Below are positions 48,419 through 57,151 of a stretch of 64,000 nt of DNA, in pieces (position 1 is the stretch's first letter; the number at the start of each line of letters is the position of its first letter). A model generated the notes under the pieces. It saw only the letters and a program-made list of their open reading frames with translations, was not told where the DNA came from and made no database searches. The stretch lies in the IMG/VR virus record IMGVR_UViG_3300042878_001497, positions 64,001 through 128,000 of that record. The stretch is one strand, 5' to 3'. The position numbers were made by a program, and so were the translations under genes. The stretch is from a virus.

Positions 48419-48673
48419 ATGGCGTACGGAAGTATTAAATGGGAACCTTGGGTAGTAGTGCTTAAGGATGAAAAGAAGAGGACAGTAGAGGTTGTAAGAT
48501 TTGACAACTTCGAAGATATGATGATATGGAAGAAGTCCGAAGAAGGGACGGCTGTCCATAACATGCAGTTCCTAACAGTTGTCTCAATGACCGAGCGGTA
48601 CTATCTTCAGTTATACTCCTACGAACAGGAGGTGTGGTGGAATGAAGTCGAACATCTAATCAGAAAGCTATGA
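48419..48673 (+). CDS. Hypothetical protein
   Basis: ATG 48419 preferred over the GTG inside the repeat element. Confidence 0.6.
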   Translation: MAYGSIKWEPWVVVLKDEKKRTVEVVRFDNFEDMMIWKKSEEGTAVHNMQFLTVVSMTERYYLQLYSYEQEVWWNEVEHLIRKL

Positions 48674-48893
48674 CCAAGAGAATACCTCTAGACCAGGACC
48701 CGGCCTTTCGGGACCTAAATTGGGACCTTCCTTCAATCCAGGAATGGGATAATACATTACAAGACGGACTAGAGGATGAGGAGTGGAGTGATGATGAAGA
48801 GTGAAGAAAGAGAAGAGAATGGCTATGAAGATGGAGTAGATATCTTCTCAGCATACAAAAGAAAAAAGACAACCTTCAGTGAATCTTTAGAAG

Positions 48894-49157
48894 ATGATGA
48901 ATAAGATAAAATCAACACATAAGGCAGAGTTACTCGGCTACCACTGGACAGAGGCATACTCTAAAACTAGGAATACAATCTGGACAAGTACTGGGGAGGA
49001 ACATCTGGAGGCATGTCTGAGGATGGTAGAAAATTATGAGAGACTTGTGCTAGACTTTGGTCCTACCTCCCTACAAGGACGTCAAATTGCTAAAGGGACT
49101 GTTAATGATCTCCTTTCTCTCATTAAGATAAAACGTAAGTTGATTAAGAAGGGATGA
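48894..49157 (+). CDS. Hypothetical protein
   Basis: ORF track. Confidence 0.6.
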   Translation: MMNKIKSTHKAELLGYHWTEAYSKTRNTIWTSTGEEHLEACLRMVENYERLVLDFGPTSLQGRQIAKGTVNDLLSLIKIKRKLIKKG

Positions 49158-49364
49158 TGTTTAGAGGAAACCGTAGCGTATATAAAGATATTTGTATAGA
49201 GTGATATAGAGATATGGAGATATAAATTGTGTGTAGACTTAAAGCAGAGAGTGAAGTTAAAGTAAAGATTCAATAGCTAGTACCTGCCTACCCCTCTTGC
49301 AACTTTTTTCTCTATAGAATTTATTAAATTTTCAACCTTAAAGTAAAGCTTTAAGTATTCAGTA

Positions 49365-49558
49365 AACCGTAGAAAAAACCGTAACCCAGAAAACCGTATG
49401 CAGATAATCCTCCTTACAATCATCAGTGCCTTAACGTACAGAAAACCGTACCTACTAGGTAACCGTAGCCAGGAAACCGTCCCAGGTAACCGTAGGGAGA
49501 CAACCGTCCAGAAAACCGTAGGAGGAAACCGTAGGGAGGGAACCGTCCAGCCAACCGT
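49365..49558 (+). repeat. AACCGT iteron-like array, 12 copies (plus one at 49169)
   Basis: 49365, 49377, 49392, 49444, 49461, 49475, 49488, 49502, 49514, 49527, 49541, 49553. Confidence 0.9.
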
Positions 49559-49630
49559 CCGTCTAGTGATCGATCTAGAGACTGGGACAGTTAAATCAAA
49601 GCTTGAAGTTAAAGCAGAGCTTTAAGTCGG

Positions 49631-49975
49631 ATGTACGTGGTGTATGCTCTGAGGCTGGATGACTATGTAGGTGTCCGCCTCTCTCCCTCTCAGGTTATTC
49701 TTAAGGTAGGAGTGTCGATGCATGATGCGGAGTACCGCCTAGACGCTAATGAGCGCTACGAAGGTAGAAATTCCTATCGAGCGCTTTTTAAAAAAATAGA
49801 AGTACTAGGGCAGAAAAAATTTAGGACCAAGGTAGAGGCTCTAGGGTATGAGCAAGCCCTACTGCAGGAGTTAGGCAGCAAGGACCTTAGTATACAGGAG
49901 CAGGTGAAGGGAGTAACTGAGTTGAGAGTTCTGACTCCAGACCGCCTGGCAGTAGTGCATCAGTGGATGAAATAA
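49631..49975 (+). CDS. GIY-YIG/T5orf172-like protein
   Basis: VVY...LKVGVS....R...YEQALL...GVTE pattern. Confidence 0.55.
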   Translation: MYVVYALRLDDYVGVRLSPSQVILKVGVSMHDAEYRLDANERYEGRNSYRALFKKIEVLGQKKFRTKVEALGYEQALLQELGSKDLSIQEQVKGVTELRVLTPDRLAVVHQWMK

Positions 49976-50081
49976 CCTTCAAGCAAAGCTTTAAGTTAAA
50001 GTAAAGCTTTAAGTCTAGAGTATAAGGTACCGGCCCGTCTACTCTTCCGCCTCTCTTCCAAGGGCAGGCCCGTCAACCATC

Positions 50082-50114
50082 CTAAATGTACGAAAAAAAA
50101 AGTTTGTGACCAAC
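50082..50114 (-). promoter_or_regulatory. Leftward Bacteroidetes-type promoter
   Basis: Minus strand GTTG-N20-TACATTTAG, back-to-back with the + promoter at 50124. Confidence 0.7.
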
Positions 50115-50180
50115 TAAAAAAAAGTTGGATTGAAAAAAGTTTGTGCCTATCTTTAGGTACAATTAAAAACAACAACTGTT

Positions 50181-50426
50181 ATGGCAAACATGAGCTACTG
50201 TCGATTTGAGAATACGTATAACGATCTTTTAGATTGTTTTGAGAATATCTGGAATGAAGCTGAAAACGAAAGAGATGAAAGGTATCGTGTTCGAATGATT
50301 CGTTTCCTTAAGGAGCAGCTTAATGAGATTGAGGAACTGAATGAAGAGTTAGATTTGAATGAAGAGTTAGATAAACCCGGAATGTTTATCGATGATAAAG
50401 AATGGGAAAAAGAAATGGGTCGATAG
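50181..50426 (+). CDS. Hypothetical early protein
   Basis: MANMSYCRFENTYNDL; own promoter. Confidence 0.8.
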   Translation: MANMSYCRFENTYNDLLDCFENIWNEAENERDERYRVRMIRFLKEQLNEIEELNEELDLNEELDKPGMFIDDKEWEKEMGR

Positions 50427-50480
50427 TTGACTATTTTAAATATAGTTCCTATCTTTAGTAAACAAATAAAAACAACGGTT

Positions 50481-50813
50481 ATGAAAAAAGAAAAGTTAAT
50501 ATTGAATGAGGAGATGGTTGGTACTTATATCAACCGGGTGCTATGGTCGGATATTATGCCCTTAGGTAGGATAGTATCTATCAAGAGTAAGACCAAGGTA
50601 CTAGTCCAGAGAGTGAAAGCAGGAGAGAATAAGGTCAAGATGGAGTTTGTGCCCGGAGGCTTTGCAGGTCATTGTGTCAACAACTACCAGCAGGACTATG
50701 ACTTCTACGATGAAGGGCAGCCCTTTGAGCTTTCTCTCAGTAGGAGCTCTATGAAGAGAAGCTTCTTGCAGTTTGCTAACTGCCCGATGAAGCATCACGA
50801 TTATAACTTCTAG
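50481..50813 (+). CDS. Hypothetical early protein
   Basis: Own promoter and ACGGTTATG leader. Confidence 0.8.
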   Translation: MKKEKLILNEEMVGTYINRVLWSDIMPLGRIVSIKSKTKVLVQRVKAGENKVKMEFVPGGFAGHCVNNYQQDYDFYDEGQPFELSLSRSSMKRSFLQFANCPMKHHDYNF

Positions 50814-50889
50814 GAAAAAAGTTTTGGGAGGGGGTTGGTTTATCCAACCTTCCTTCGTATATTTAGGTACAAACAAAAAAATAAAGGTT

Positions 50890-51042
50890 ATGAATGAAAA
50901 CATTAAAGAATTGGTGGTTGAATTTGCAGAAGCATTAGACGAATCAGTTGTAATAGCATTATTTGATGAGCTAAAAGCTGAGGATAAGCCTTTTGCAAAA
51001 GAGGCACTACTTCGGTATTTGTCAAAATATTTACCAATTTAG
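50890..51042 (+). CDS. Hypothetical early protein
   Basis: Own promoter and AAGGTTATG leader. Confidence 0.7.
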   Translation: MNENIKELVVEFAEALDESVVIALFDELKAEDKPFAKEALLRYLSKYLPI

Positions 51043-51133
51043 GTAAGATAATTTCAAAAAAGTTTAGGAGGGGGTTGGTTTTACCGACCCTCTTTCTTAT
51101 CTTTAGGTATTAATAACAACAAACACAACAGTT

Positions 51134-51376
51134 ATGGAATTGAAATTGAAAGAAAGAGTTTTCGGATTTACTTGGAACTTCGAAACTGGTGAAGTAGGAG
51201 AAGTGTTTACTGAAGAGCTTACTTCAAAAGAGGTCCAGTTGATAGGTCGTGTCATGGGAGATGATGTATCATTGATTATATATAACTCAGATATCAGTTT
51301 AGTATTTGGTGATGATATCGAAAACCAAGATGAATTAGAGGAGATGGGATTAGCTGAAGTAATGGAATTTCTTTAG
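51134..51376 (+). CDS. Acidic hypothetical early protein
   Basis: Own promoter. Confidence 0.75.
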   Translation: MELKLKERVFGFTWNFETGEVGEVFTEELTSKEVQLIGRVMGDDVSLIIYNSDISLVFGDDIENQDELEEMGLAEVMEFL

Positions 51377-51437
51377 GAGGGGGTTGGTTTATCCAACCCT
51401 TCTTCGTATCTTTAGTAAACAAATAAAAAAAACGGTT

Positions 51438-51638
51438 ATGGAATTAGTAGAAGTAAAAAATCAGACTATCAATTATACTATCAAATTCGGTGGTAATATT
51501 TACAACCTCTTCTATTATGAAGATTTGATGTCTTATTCAGAGGAATTGACTGAAGTTTCAACTGGTTTGCCAGTCACAGATGATGATGAGTATGAAGCAG
51601 TGATGGAATTTTTTGCTGACAATCAGCCAAAGCTTTAA
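51438..51638 (+). CDS. Acidic hypothetical early protein
   Basis: Own promoter and ACGGTTATG leader. Confidence 0.75.
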   Translation: MELVEVKNQTINYTIKFGGNIYNLFYYEDLMSYSEELTEVSTGLPVTDDDEYEAVMEFFADNQPKL

Positions 51639-51700
51639 AAAAATAGTTGCTCAATTGAAATTTCGTTCTTATCTTTAGGTAAATAAAAACAACAACGGTT

Positions 51701-51811
51701 ATGGATGTACGTGATGTACTTGCTCAAAAGGAATTTGGAATGGATTATAATCAATTAGGTCCAAATGAGAAGGAGTGGGTGAATGATGAACTTGATAATT
51801 CCCTTAACTAA
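51701..51811 (+). CDS. Micro-protein (36 aa)
   Basis: Own promoter and ACGGTTATG leader; not in the ORF track. Confidence 0.65.
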   Translation: MDVRDVLAQKEFGMDYNQLGPNEKEWVNDELDNSLN

Positions 51812-51869
51812 TAGTTGGTTGGTATTAGTCTAGTTACTATCTTTAGGTAAATAAAAACAACAAATGGTT

Positions 51870-52109
51870 ATGGGTTATCCTAGAAATTCAGTTAATCAAG
51901 TAGTAGAATATTTGAAAAAGCATAATTTTCAAACAGAATCTGAAATTCAAGAAAATGTTTGGGGTTATTTTAGAAATGAAACTAGGTTAGCAAATAAGAA
52001 ATTTGCTGACTTATTAAGAAGGGGTTTACGTAAAGGTTTATATTATAGAGTTAAACATAAAAAAAATAAAAGTCAATATGTTTATTTTATAGTTCCAGAA
52101 AATACCTAA
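51870..52109 (+). CDS. Basic winged-helix-like hypothetical protein
   Basis: Own promoter; GGTTATG leader. Confidence 0.7.
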   Translation: MGYPRNSVNQVVEYLKKHNFQTESEIQENVWGYFRNETRLANKKFADLLRRGLRKGLYYRVKHKKNKSQYVYFIVPENT

Positions 52110-52178
52110 TTATAAAGGGTCTAGTTTAACCCAGATCTTGTTCGTATATTTAGGTATAATAAGAAATAAATAAAGGTT

Positions 52179-52304
52179 ATGAAAAAGAATGATTTGATTG
52201 TAGTAATGCAGATAGCTATTTCGCTTTTAGATAAAGGTGAAGCAAATAAAGCTAATGGAGTTTTGAAAATAGCTCTAACGGAGGAATTTAGTTCTGGAAA
52301 ATAG
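52179..52304 (+). CDS. Micro-protein (41 aa)
   Basis: Own promoter and AAGGTTATG leader; not in the ORF track. Confidence 0.6.
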   Translation: MKKNDLIVVMQIAISLLDKGEANKANGVLKIALTEEFSSGK

Positions 52305-52358
52305 TTGGTTGGTATTAGTCTAGTTACTATCTTTAGATAAATAAAAACAACAACGGTT

Positions 52359-52835
52359 ATGAAAGTAAAAGAATTGAATGAAGGAATTTACAAGAAATTG
52401 GTTAATCTAGACTACAGCCGCAAAGAAAATTATTTGTATAAAACAAATGAAACTGAGTGGTGTGAGTTGGATGGTGAAATAAAAGATACAATTTTATCTT
52501 TTCCTATTCTCCAAATAGATTGGTATGCAGATCTAATGGATATTGAAGTCCTAGATGGTGACCAACAGTTTTACTTATTTGAAAGTGAAGGTAGAACGTT
52601 TCTAGTAGATACACAGGGTTATAATTACCCACGCTATATCATTGAGTTAAAAGGGTTCAATGGTGTAGATGACACATATGAACGAATGGATGGATTGGTT
52701 CGAATTGCTGATGTTGCGATTTTGAAATCTGTGGTTAAGAGTTTGGCTTTTGATTTGCAGGAAGAAGGATTTGATAGAGCAGATATCATCAACTTCATCG
52801 ATGCTCAAATCTACGGAGCACTTTTAGAAAAATAG
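52359..52835 (+). CDS. Hypothetical early protein
   Basis: Own promoter. Confidence 0.8.
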   Translation: MKVKELNEGIYKKLVNLDYSRKENYLYKTNETEWCELDGEIKDTILSFPILQIDWYADLMDIEVLDGDQQFYLFESEGRTFLVDTQGYNYPRYIIELKGFNGVDDTYERMDGLVRIADVAILKSVVKSLAFDLQEEGFDRADIINFIDAQIYGALLEK

Positions 52836-52892
52836 TTGCCTCCTAAGAGTATAGTTCGTATCTTTAGGTATAATTAAAAACAAACAACGGTT

Positions 52893-53645
52893 ATGATGAA
52901 TGAAATTCAAGATCCCAATCAGCTTACTCTCGGTATTGAAAGCCAAGTATTGACTGTCGATCAGATAGAGCGAGTGGAAGCATTTAAAGAGCGATTGGAT
53001 AAGAGTAATAAGAATCTGAAAGCTTCTTTGCTCCGTAAGCAAGCTCTACTGTTAGAAAATGGCTTTGTCGAAGGTAAGGATTTTAGCTTCTCTATGGAGG
53101 AGGTAAATGAAAACGTAGATGTTAATGCTAATGGCTGGAATGATGCTGAATTAATCGTTACTGTGGATATTCTGCACGTCAAGGGGCAGTGTGCATTACT
53201 CTACGATCGATATGAAGTTACTTCTGATACGATTGTTCAGTCGACGGCTGGCTTTAGTATCGAGCAAAATAAAGTAGAGTGTTATACTATCAATAATAAT
53301 GGCCGGTGGGTTACCTTCCGTACGCTAAAAGAGAAGTTGGCTGATAAGAATTCTGCTGCTGAATGGGAGATGATATCTACTCGTAATAGGAAGTCAGTAC
53401 TCAGCTATACTGCTGAGAAGTATCAGAAGCTTGCTCCTGGGGCTGAAGTGGTGGTGGGTCGTGATGGTACGTCTAGAGGCCGTGATTACTACTCCTTCGA
53501 TACTGTGACTGTAAAGTTTGAGAATGGTAATCTGTTAGTTGTTAAGCCCGGATTTAAGAATGATGAGGAGTCAGTTTATCGCTTTATCGATGTAACGACT
53601 ACTGGTAAGAGTGCTGAAGAATTGGCTCAGTACCTCGGTCAATGA
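52893..53645 (+). CDS. Hypothetical early protein
   Basis: Own promoter. Confidence 0.8.
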   Translation: MMNEIQDPNQLTLGIESQVLTVDQIERVEAFKERLDKSNKNLKASLLRKQALLLENGFVEGKDFSFSMEEVNENVDVNANGWNDAELIVTVDILHVKGQCALLYDRYEVTSDTIVQSTAGFSIEQNKVECYTINNNGRWVTFRTLKEKLADKNSAAEWEMISTRNRKSVLSYTAEKYQKLAPGAEVVVGRDGTSRGRDYYSFDTVTVKFENGNLLVVKPGFKNDEESVYRFIDVTTTGKSAEELAQYLGQ

Positions 53646-53956
53646 GGAGTAAGCTGATCAGAGTCTCTGAAGAGATTGCTAAGACGCTACGGAGGTGGGA
53701 TCCTAGTTCGCTAGGGTCCTACTCCATCGAGAGGAAGAAAGGTCCTAGGTACTTCACTGCAGTACAGGATTCGGACGGATGGGATATTATAACCTATTAC
53801 GTCGACTAAGATATTTAGCCTCCTGGTTGGGCGCATATACACCAGGGTTGTTGTTTGTCTGGGTTGGGATCCTTCGGGATCTCTTCCTGGTTACAATAGT
53901 TGCCTTTAGAGAGTTTAGTTCGTATATTTAGGTATAATTAAAAACAAATAAAGGTT

Positions 53957-54139
53957 ATGTCAAACATCAAAGAAGAAGCGCTAATGGAAGTCGCTTATGC
54001 TTACGCTCATGCAGTAGGCATCCTCTCAGGCACTATGAATGTCCTGATCGATCATGTAGCTTCTTACACTGAAGAAGAGAAGATCGAGATGATGAAGAAA
54101 GCTTTGAAAGAGGCTGATGAAGCAATCGCTAATGCCTAA
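53957..54139 (+). CDS. Hypothetical early protein
   Basis: Own promoter. Confidence 0.7.
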   Translation: MSNIKEEALMEVAYAYAHAVGILSGTMNVLIDHVASYTEEEKIEMMKKALKEADEAIANA

Positions 54140-54200
54140 ATAAGAGTTGGCCCTTCGGGGCCTTCTTCTTATCTTTAGTTAAATAAAAACAACAACGGTT

Positions 54201-54467
54201 ATGGTAAAAGAAATCACCTCAATGATGTCAGCACTCAAAGCAAAGGGTGTGAAGGTATGCGGCACAGCTTCAGAGTTCTACAGTGCTAAGACTCACATCG
54301 ACGGTATCTGGGTAGCAGCTGAGTACACCCCGGACCTATTCAACTACTGGTCTGAGGCTTGGGCTGATACGTTCGGTGTTAAGCCTTCACTCAACAAGCT
54401 GGTTGAGGAGTCGGGCTGGTACTTTGAGTGGCATGACGCCGGTACGATGATGGTGTGGAAGCAGTAA
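54201..54467 (+). CDS. Hypothetical early protein
   Basis: Own promoter. Confidence 0.8.
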   Translation: MVKEITSMMSALKAKGVKVCGTASEFYSAKTHIDGIWVAAEYTPDLFNYWSEAWADTFGVKPSLNKLVEESGWYFEWHDAGTMMVWKQ

Positions 54468-54537
54468 CATAGAGTTGTCACCTGAGAGTATCCTTCATAT
54501 CTTTAGTAAACAGAATAACAACTAACAACAGCAAGAC

Positions 54538-54765
54538 ATGAACAAGAAAAAGTATCCTAAAGCCCAGCTTGACGCAGTCCTAGAAGGTGTATTGGTAGAA
54601 TCACTACAGCTCTGGCAGAATGCATTCATCCAGGAGTTAGACAAGATGAAGGCCGATGGTAAGATCCCGATGTTCCATCCTAACTGGACCGCTCAAATGC
54701 TGAGAGAGTTCGGACATCGGTTCAGGGTGCAGGAGCTAATCGATACCCCGGCAGTACAGGATTAA
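54538..54765 (+). CDS. Hypothetical early protein
   Basis: Own promoter. Confidence 0.75.
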   Translation: MNKKKYPKAQLDAVLEGVLVESLQLWQNAFIQELDKMKADGKIPMFHPNWTAQMLREFGHRFRVQELIDTPAVQD

Positions 54766-54796
54766 GAGAGAGGGCCCTTAGGGGCTCTTTTTTTTT
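54766..54796 (+). terminator. Intrinsic terminator ending the early cassette array
   Basis: GAGGGCCC-TTAG-GGGCTCT followed by a T tract. Confidence 0.85.
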
Positions 54797-54993
54797 GACT
54801 GATGTCGTCAGGAGGTCAAGGTGAGAGCGGGGTGACGGCAAGGTGCTATAAACCTGCTAGTATATTTCACTATACGGTTTTCTCGACGGTTAGCTAGAGG
54901 TAACCCTAGTAATGCATCGCTGATCAAATTTTAAGGTATACTAATATATATTTATATATAGAAAGCAAGGGTACAAGCGCTTCAACGGGTTAA

Positions 54994-55272
54994 TTAATTA
55001 GATTTAGTTGAAGCTAGATCCTTCAACTCCTTTTTTGTTCTCTCTTCACATTTATCCACCCTACTGTCGATATGACGGTAGACTGCCTCCAGGTCCCGCC
55101 TTATGGCATTGTCCTGTTCGTTACTAAATTCGTATAACCTTTGTTCAGCTTTCTCAAAATCAGCTACTGCTTTGATAAGACTCTTAATTGTCACATAGTT
55201 CATAAACGTAACCGCAACTACTACCGAAGTAATAACAGCACCTACACCTAAAAGAAATGATATTGTTTCCAT
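54994..55272 (-). CDS. Membrane-anchored coiled-coil protein (only clear minus-strand gene)
   Basis: N-terminal TM; minus-strand promoter GTTG-N20-TATATTAAA at 55354-55322. Confidence 0.8.
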   Translation of the reverse strand: METISFLLGVGAVITSVVVAVTFMNYVTIKSLIKAVADFEKAEQRLYEFSNEQDNAIRRDLEAVYRHIDSRVDKCEERTKKELKDLASTKSN

Positions 55273-55462
55273 ATTATATATTTTATATATGTCAAAGCAC
55301 TTGTAGCACCCTTACTACGGTTTTAATATAAGAACTTTTGGTAGAAAAACCAACTATGTCCGGGGAAATTTTCCGGAAAAATTTTTATATATGTAGTTGT
55401 CTATATAATTATATCTTTATATATTTAATAATATAGGAGGAATCCTATTTATATAAAAAACT

Positions 55463-55846
55463 ATGAAGCTTATCTCTGCTCTTCTTTCGGAATCTAAAAG
55501 CGGTATCTTTGACGGTAAAACTTACCTTGATGATGCTACTTCGGCTATGGAGTTTGAGAAAGGGTACGAGGCCTTAGCTAGATTTGTTCATCCTAGACTA
55601 GTTATCAAAAAAGGCCACGATCCCGATCTAAAAATGGATTTAACCATAGCTTATGAAGAGCCTTCGGATTTACACTTTAGGTATATCGAGACTACGGGAG
55701 AATTTTTCTACGATGAAAAAATCTTCAAAGCAATCCTTCAGACCCCGGCCGTAAGAGAGAAACTAGGTAAGCTTTGGAATATCTCCCCGGACCCGGTAGA
55801 GGTATTTCGCCGCTACGGTGCTGTTACAACTAAACTATCAGCGTGA
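55463..55846 (+). CDS. Hypothetical protein
   Basis: Follows TATTTATA at 55446. Confidence 0.7.
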   Translation: MKLISALLSESKSGIFDGKTYLDDATSAMEFEKGYEALARFVHPRLVIKKGHDPDLKMDLTIAYEEPSDLHFRYIETTGEFFYDEKIFKAILQTPAVREKLGKLWNISPDPVEVFRRYGAVTTKLSA

Positions 55847-56271
55847 AAGCTCTACCACCTGCCTTTCTATCGATCTTCGATTACGATGATCAGGATGACC
55901 TTAGTAAGGAGGGGTTTACTAAGGCGGTGATCGATTACACCCAGCATCCGTACATCATTTTCGGTACCGTGATCAAATGCGTTGAGAACTTCTTTATCAT
56001 TAATGAGATGTACCGTAAAAAATACGGAGAGAGATATCAATCAATTGAGCAGACCGTGCGAAAGACTTACTTTGATAGAGTATTCACTTACCTAGAAAGA
56101 TTCGATGAGAGTAGATATGAGCATATAGTAGAGGCTAGAAAATTTACTCCTCAGGAAATTGCCTTTGCTATGGAGGAGTTAAGAGATCACTATGAGGGTA
56201 TTGAAGAGTATGAAAGATGTGCACGAATCCAAAAGATTTATAATATTTTAGCAGTAGAAGTTGCTTCTTAA
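55843..56271 (+). CDS. Hypothetical protein with UVR-like C-terminus
   Basis: HYEGIEEYERCARIQK. Confidence 0.7.
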   Translation: MKALPPAFLSIFDYDDQDDLSKEGFTKAVIDYTQHPYIIFGTVIKCVENFFIINEMYRKKYGERYQSIEQTVRKTYFDRVFTYLERFDESRYEHIVEARKFTPQEIAFAMEELRDHYEGIEEYERCARIQKIYNILAVEVAS

Positions 56272-56314
56272 GCATTTACTTACTATCTTTAAGTATCAAT
56301 AAAAAATAAAGGTT

Positions 56315-56518
56315 ATGCTTAGTACGATCATTTACTACATCATTGTAGGAGTTACTTTTAACTTCCTATGGGATTTTGTTGTCTCAAAGACTCGAAAAGA
56401 GGAAAACCGTTTCACTATGTTAGAGCGTATTATCGTGACTATTATCTGGCCGATAACTATACTCTTCTTTATCTTTATTTTAGCTAGGAATCTATTTTTC
56501 GGTAACGATCAAGAGTAA
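56315..56518 (+). CDS. Small two-TM membrane protein
   Basis: Promoter at 56260; IIWPI motif. Confidence 0.7.
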   Translation: MLSTIIYYIIVGVTFNFLWDFVVSKTRKEENRFTMLERIIVTIIWPITILFFIFILARNLFFGNDQE

Positions 56519-56521
56519 GTT

Positions 56522-57151
56522 ATGTCTTTAAAGAAACTATCCTTCGAAGAGGCTTTAGAACTTGAATCTGAGTCTCTCATTACCATCTACGATTTCTACC
56601 CAGATACCTCTGAGCTAGACTATCACCCCAAGGCTAAGGAATGGTTTCAGAACTACGCCGATATGCGCTTTAAGTTTCGTCAGCATAATCCTGCCGATGT
56701 CTCTAATATGCTTAACTGTGACTACCGTATTGAGGTCCCTATGGCTTATGAGCCTGAAACCAATACCCATTCCTGGAAGTACTTATTTGCTAAGCTGACT
56801 CAAGATCTTAATAAGTTCAAGCAGTATCATTCTAGAGGAAGTTATATCTACATCCTCACCAACGAGGCTTACCCGGGATTTGTCAAGATTGGTAAAGCGG
56901 TTAATCCCTTGCGGAGAGTTGAACAGATTAACGGTGCTGGTGTTGTTTCGGAATGGAAGCTTCGGTATTCACTCCCGGTAGAGAATGATTATCTGTTAGA
57001 GCATTCCGTTCACGAGTATTTAGTTAACCACCGCCGGACTACCGATCAAGGATCTTCCCGTGAATTCTTTGAGGTTACGCTAGACCGTGCTATTGAAGTT
57101 ATTGAACTGTTAGGTGCACAAATGAAGATCGGAGATGCTTTCTATTACTAG
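56522..57151 (+). CDS. T5orf172-domain (GIY-YIG) protein
   Basis: YIYILTN..PGFVKIGKA..P.RR...REFF. Confidence 0.85.
   Translation: MSLKKLSFEEALELESESLITIYDFYPDTSELDYHPKAKEWFQNYADMRFKFRQHNPADVSNMLNCDYRIEVPMAYEPETNTHSWKYLFAKLTQDLNKFKQYHSRGSYIYILTNEAYPGFVKIGKAVNPLRRVEQINGAGVVSEWKLRYSLPVENDYLLEHSVHEYLVNHRRTTDQGSSREFFEVTLDRAIEVIELLGAQMKIGDAFYY

Larger units (their letters stand above)
49239..50013. repeat. 18-bp quasi-palindromic repeats TTAAAGYAAAGCTTTAAG, 7 copies
   Basis: Copies at 49239, 49257, 49338, 49591, 49609, 49978, 49996. Confidence 0.8.
50124..54506 (+). promoter_or_regulatory. Array of about 13 promoters GTTG-N20-TA(T)(C/A)TTTAG, one per gene
   Basis: Starts 50124, 50426, 50834, 51074, 51383, 51646, 51814, 52121 (degenerate), 52304, 52835, 53899, 54146, 54474. 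Confidence 0.85.

Noticed and set aside
49365-49558. CRISPR array (with 26852 as cas4)
   Set aside because: The repeat is 6 bp with mostly 6-11 bp spacers; no cas operon is present; the nuclease is a generic phage PD-(D/E)XK protein 22 kb away
49398-49625. 75-aa ORF from the track
   Set aside because: It spans the repeat arrays, has no promoter or leader motif, and is probably a by-product of the repeats
998-51437. Upstream starts in the ORF track (998, 12450, 14607, 18216, 50427, 50824, 51384 and others)
   Set aside because: Most coincide with or run through promoter boxes; downstream ATGs with typical leaders or signal peptides are preferred
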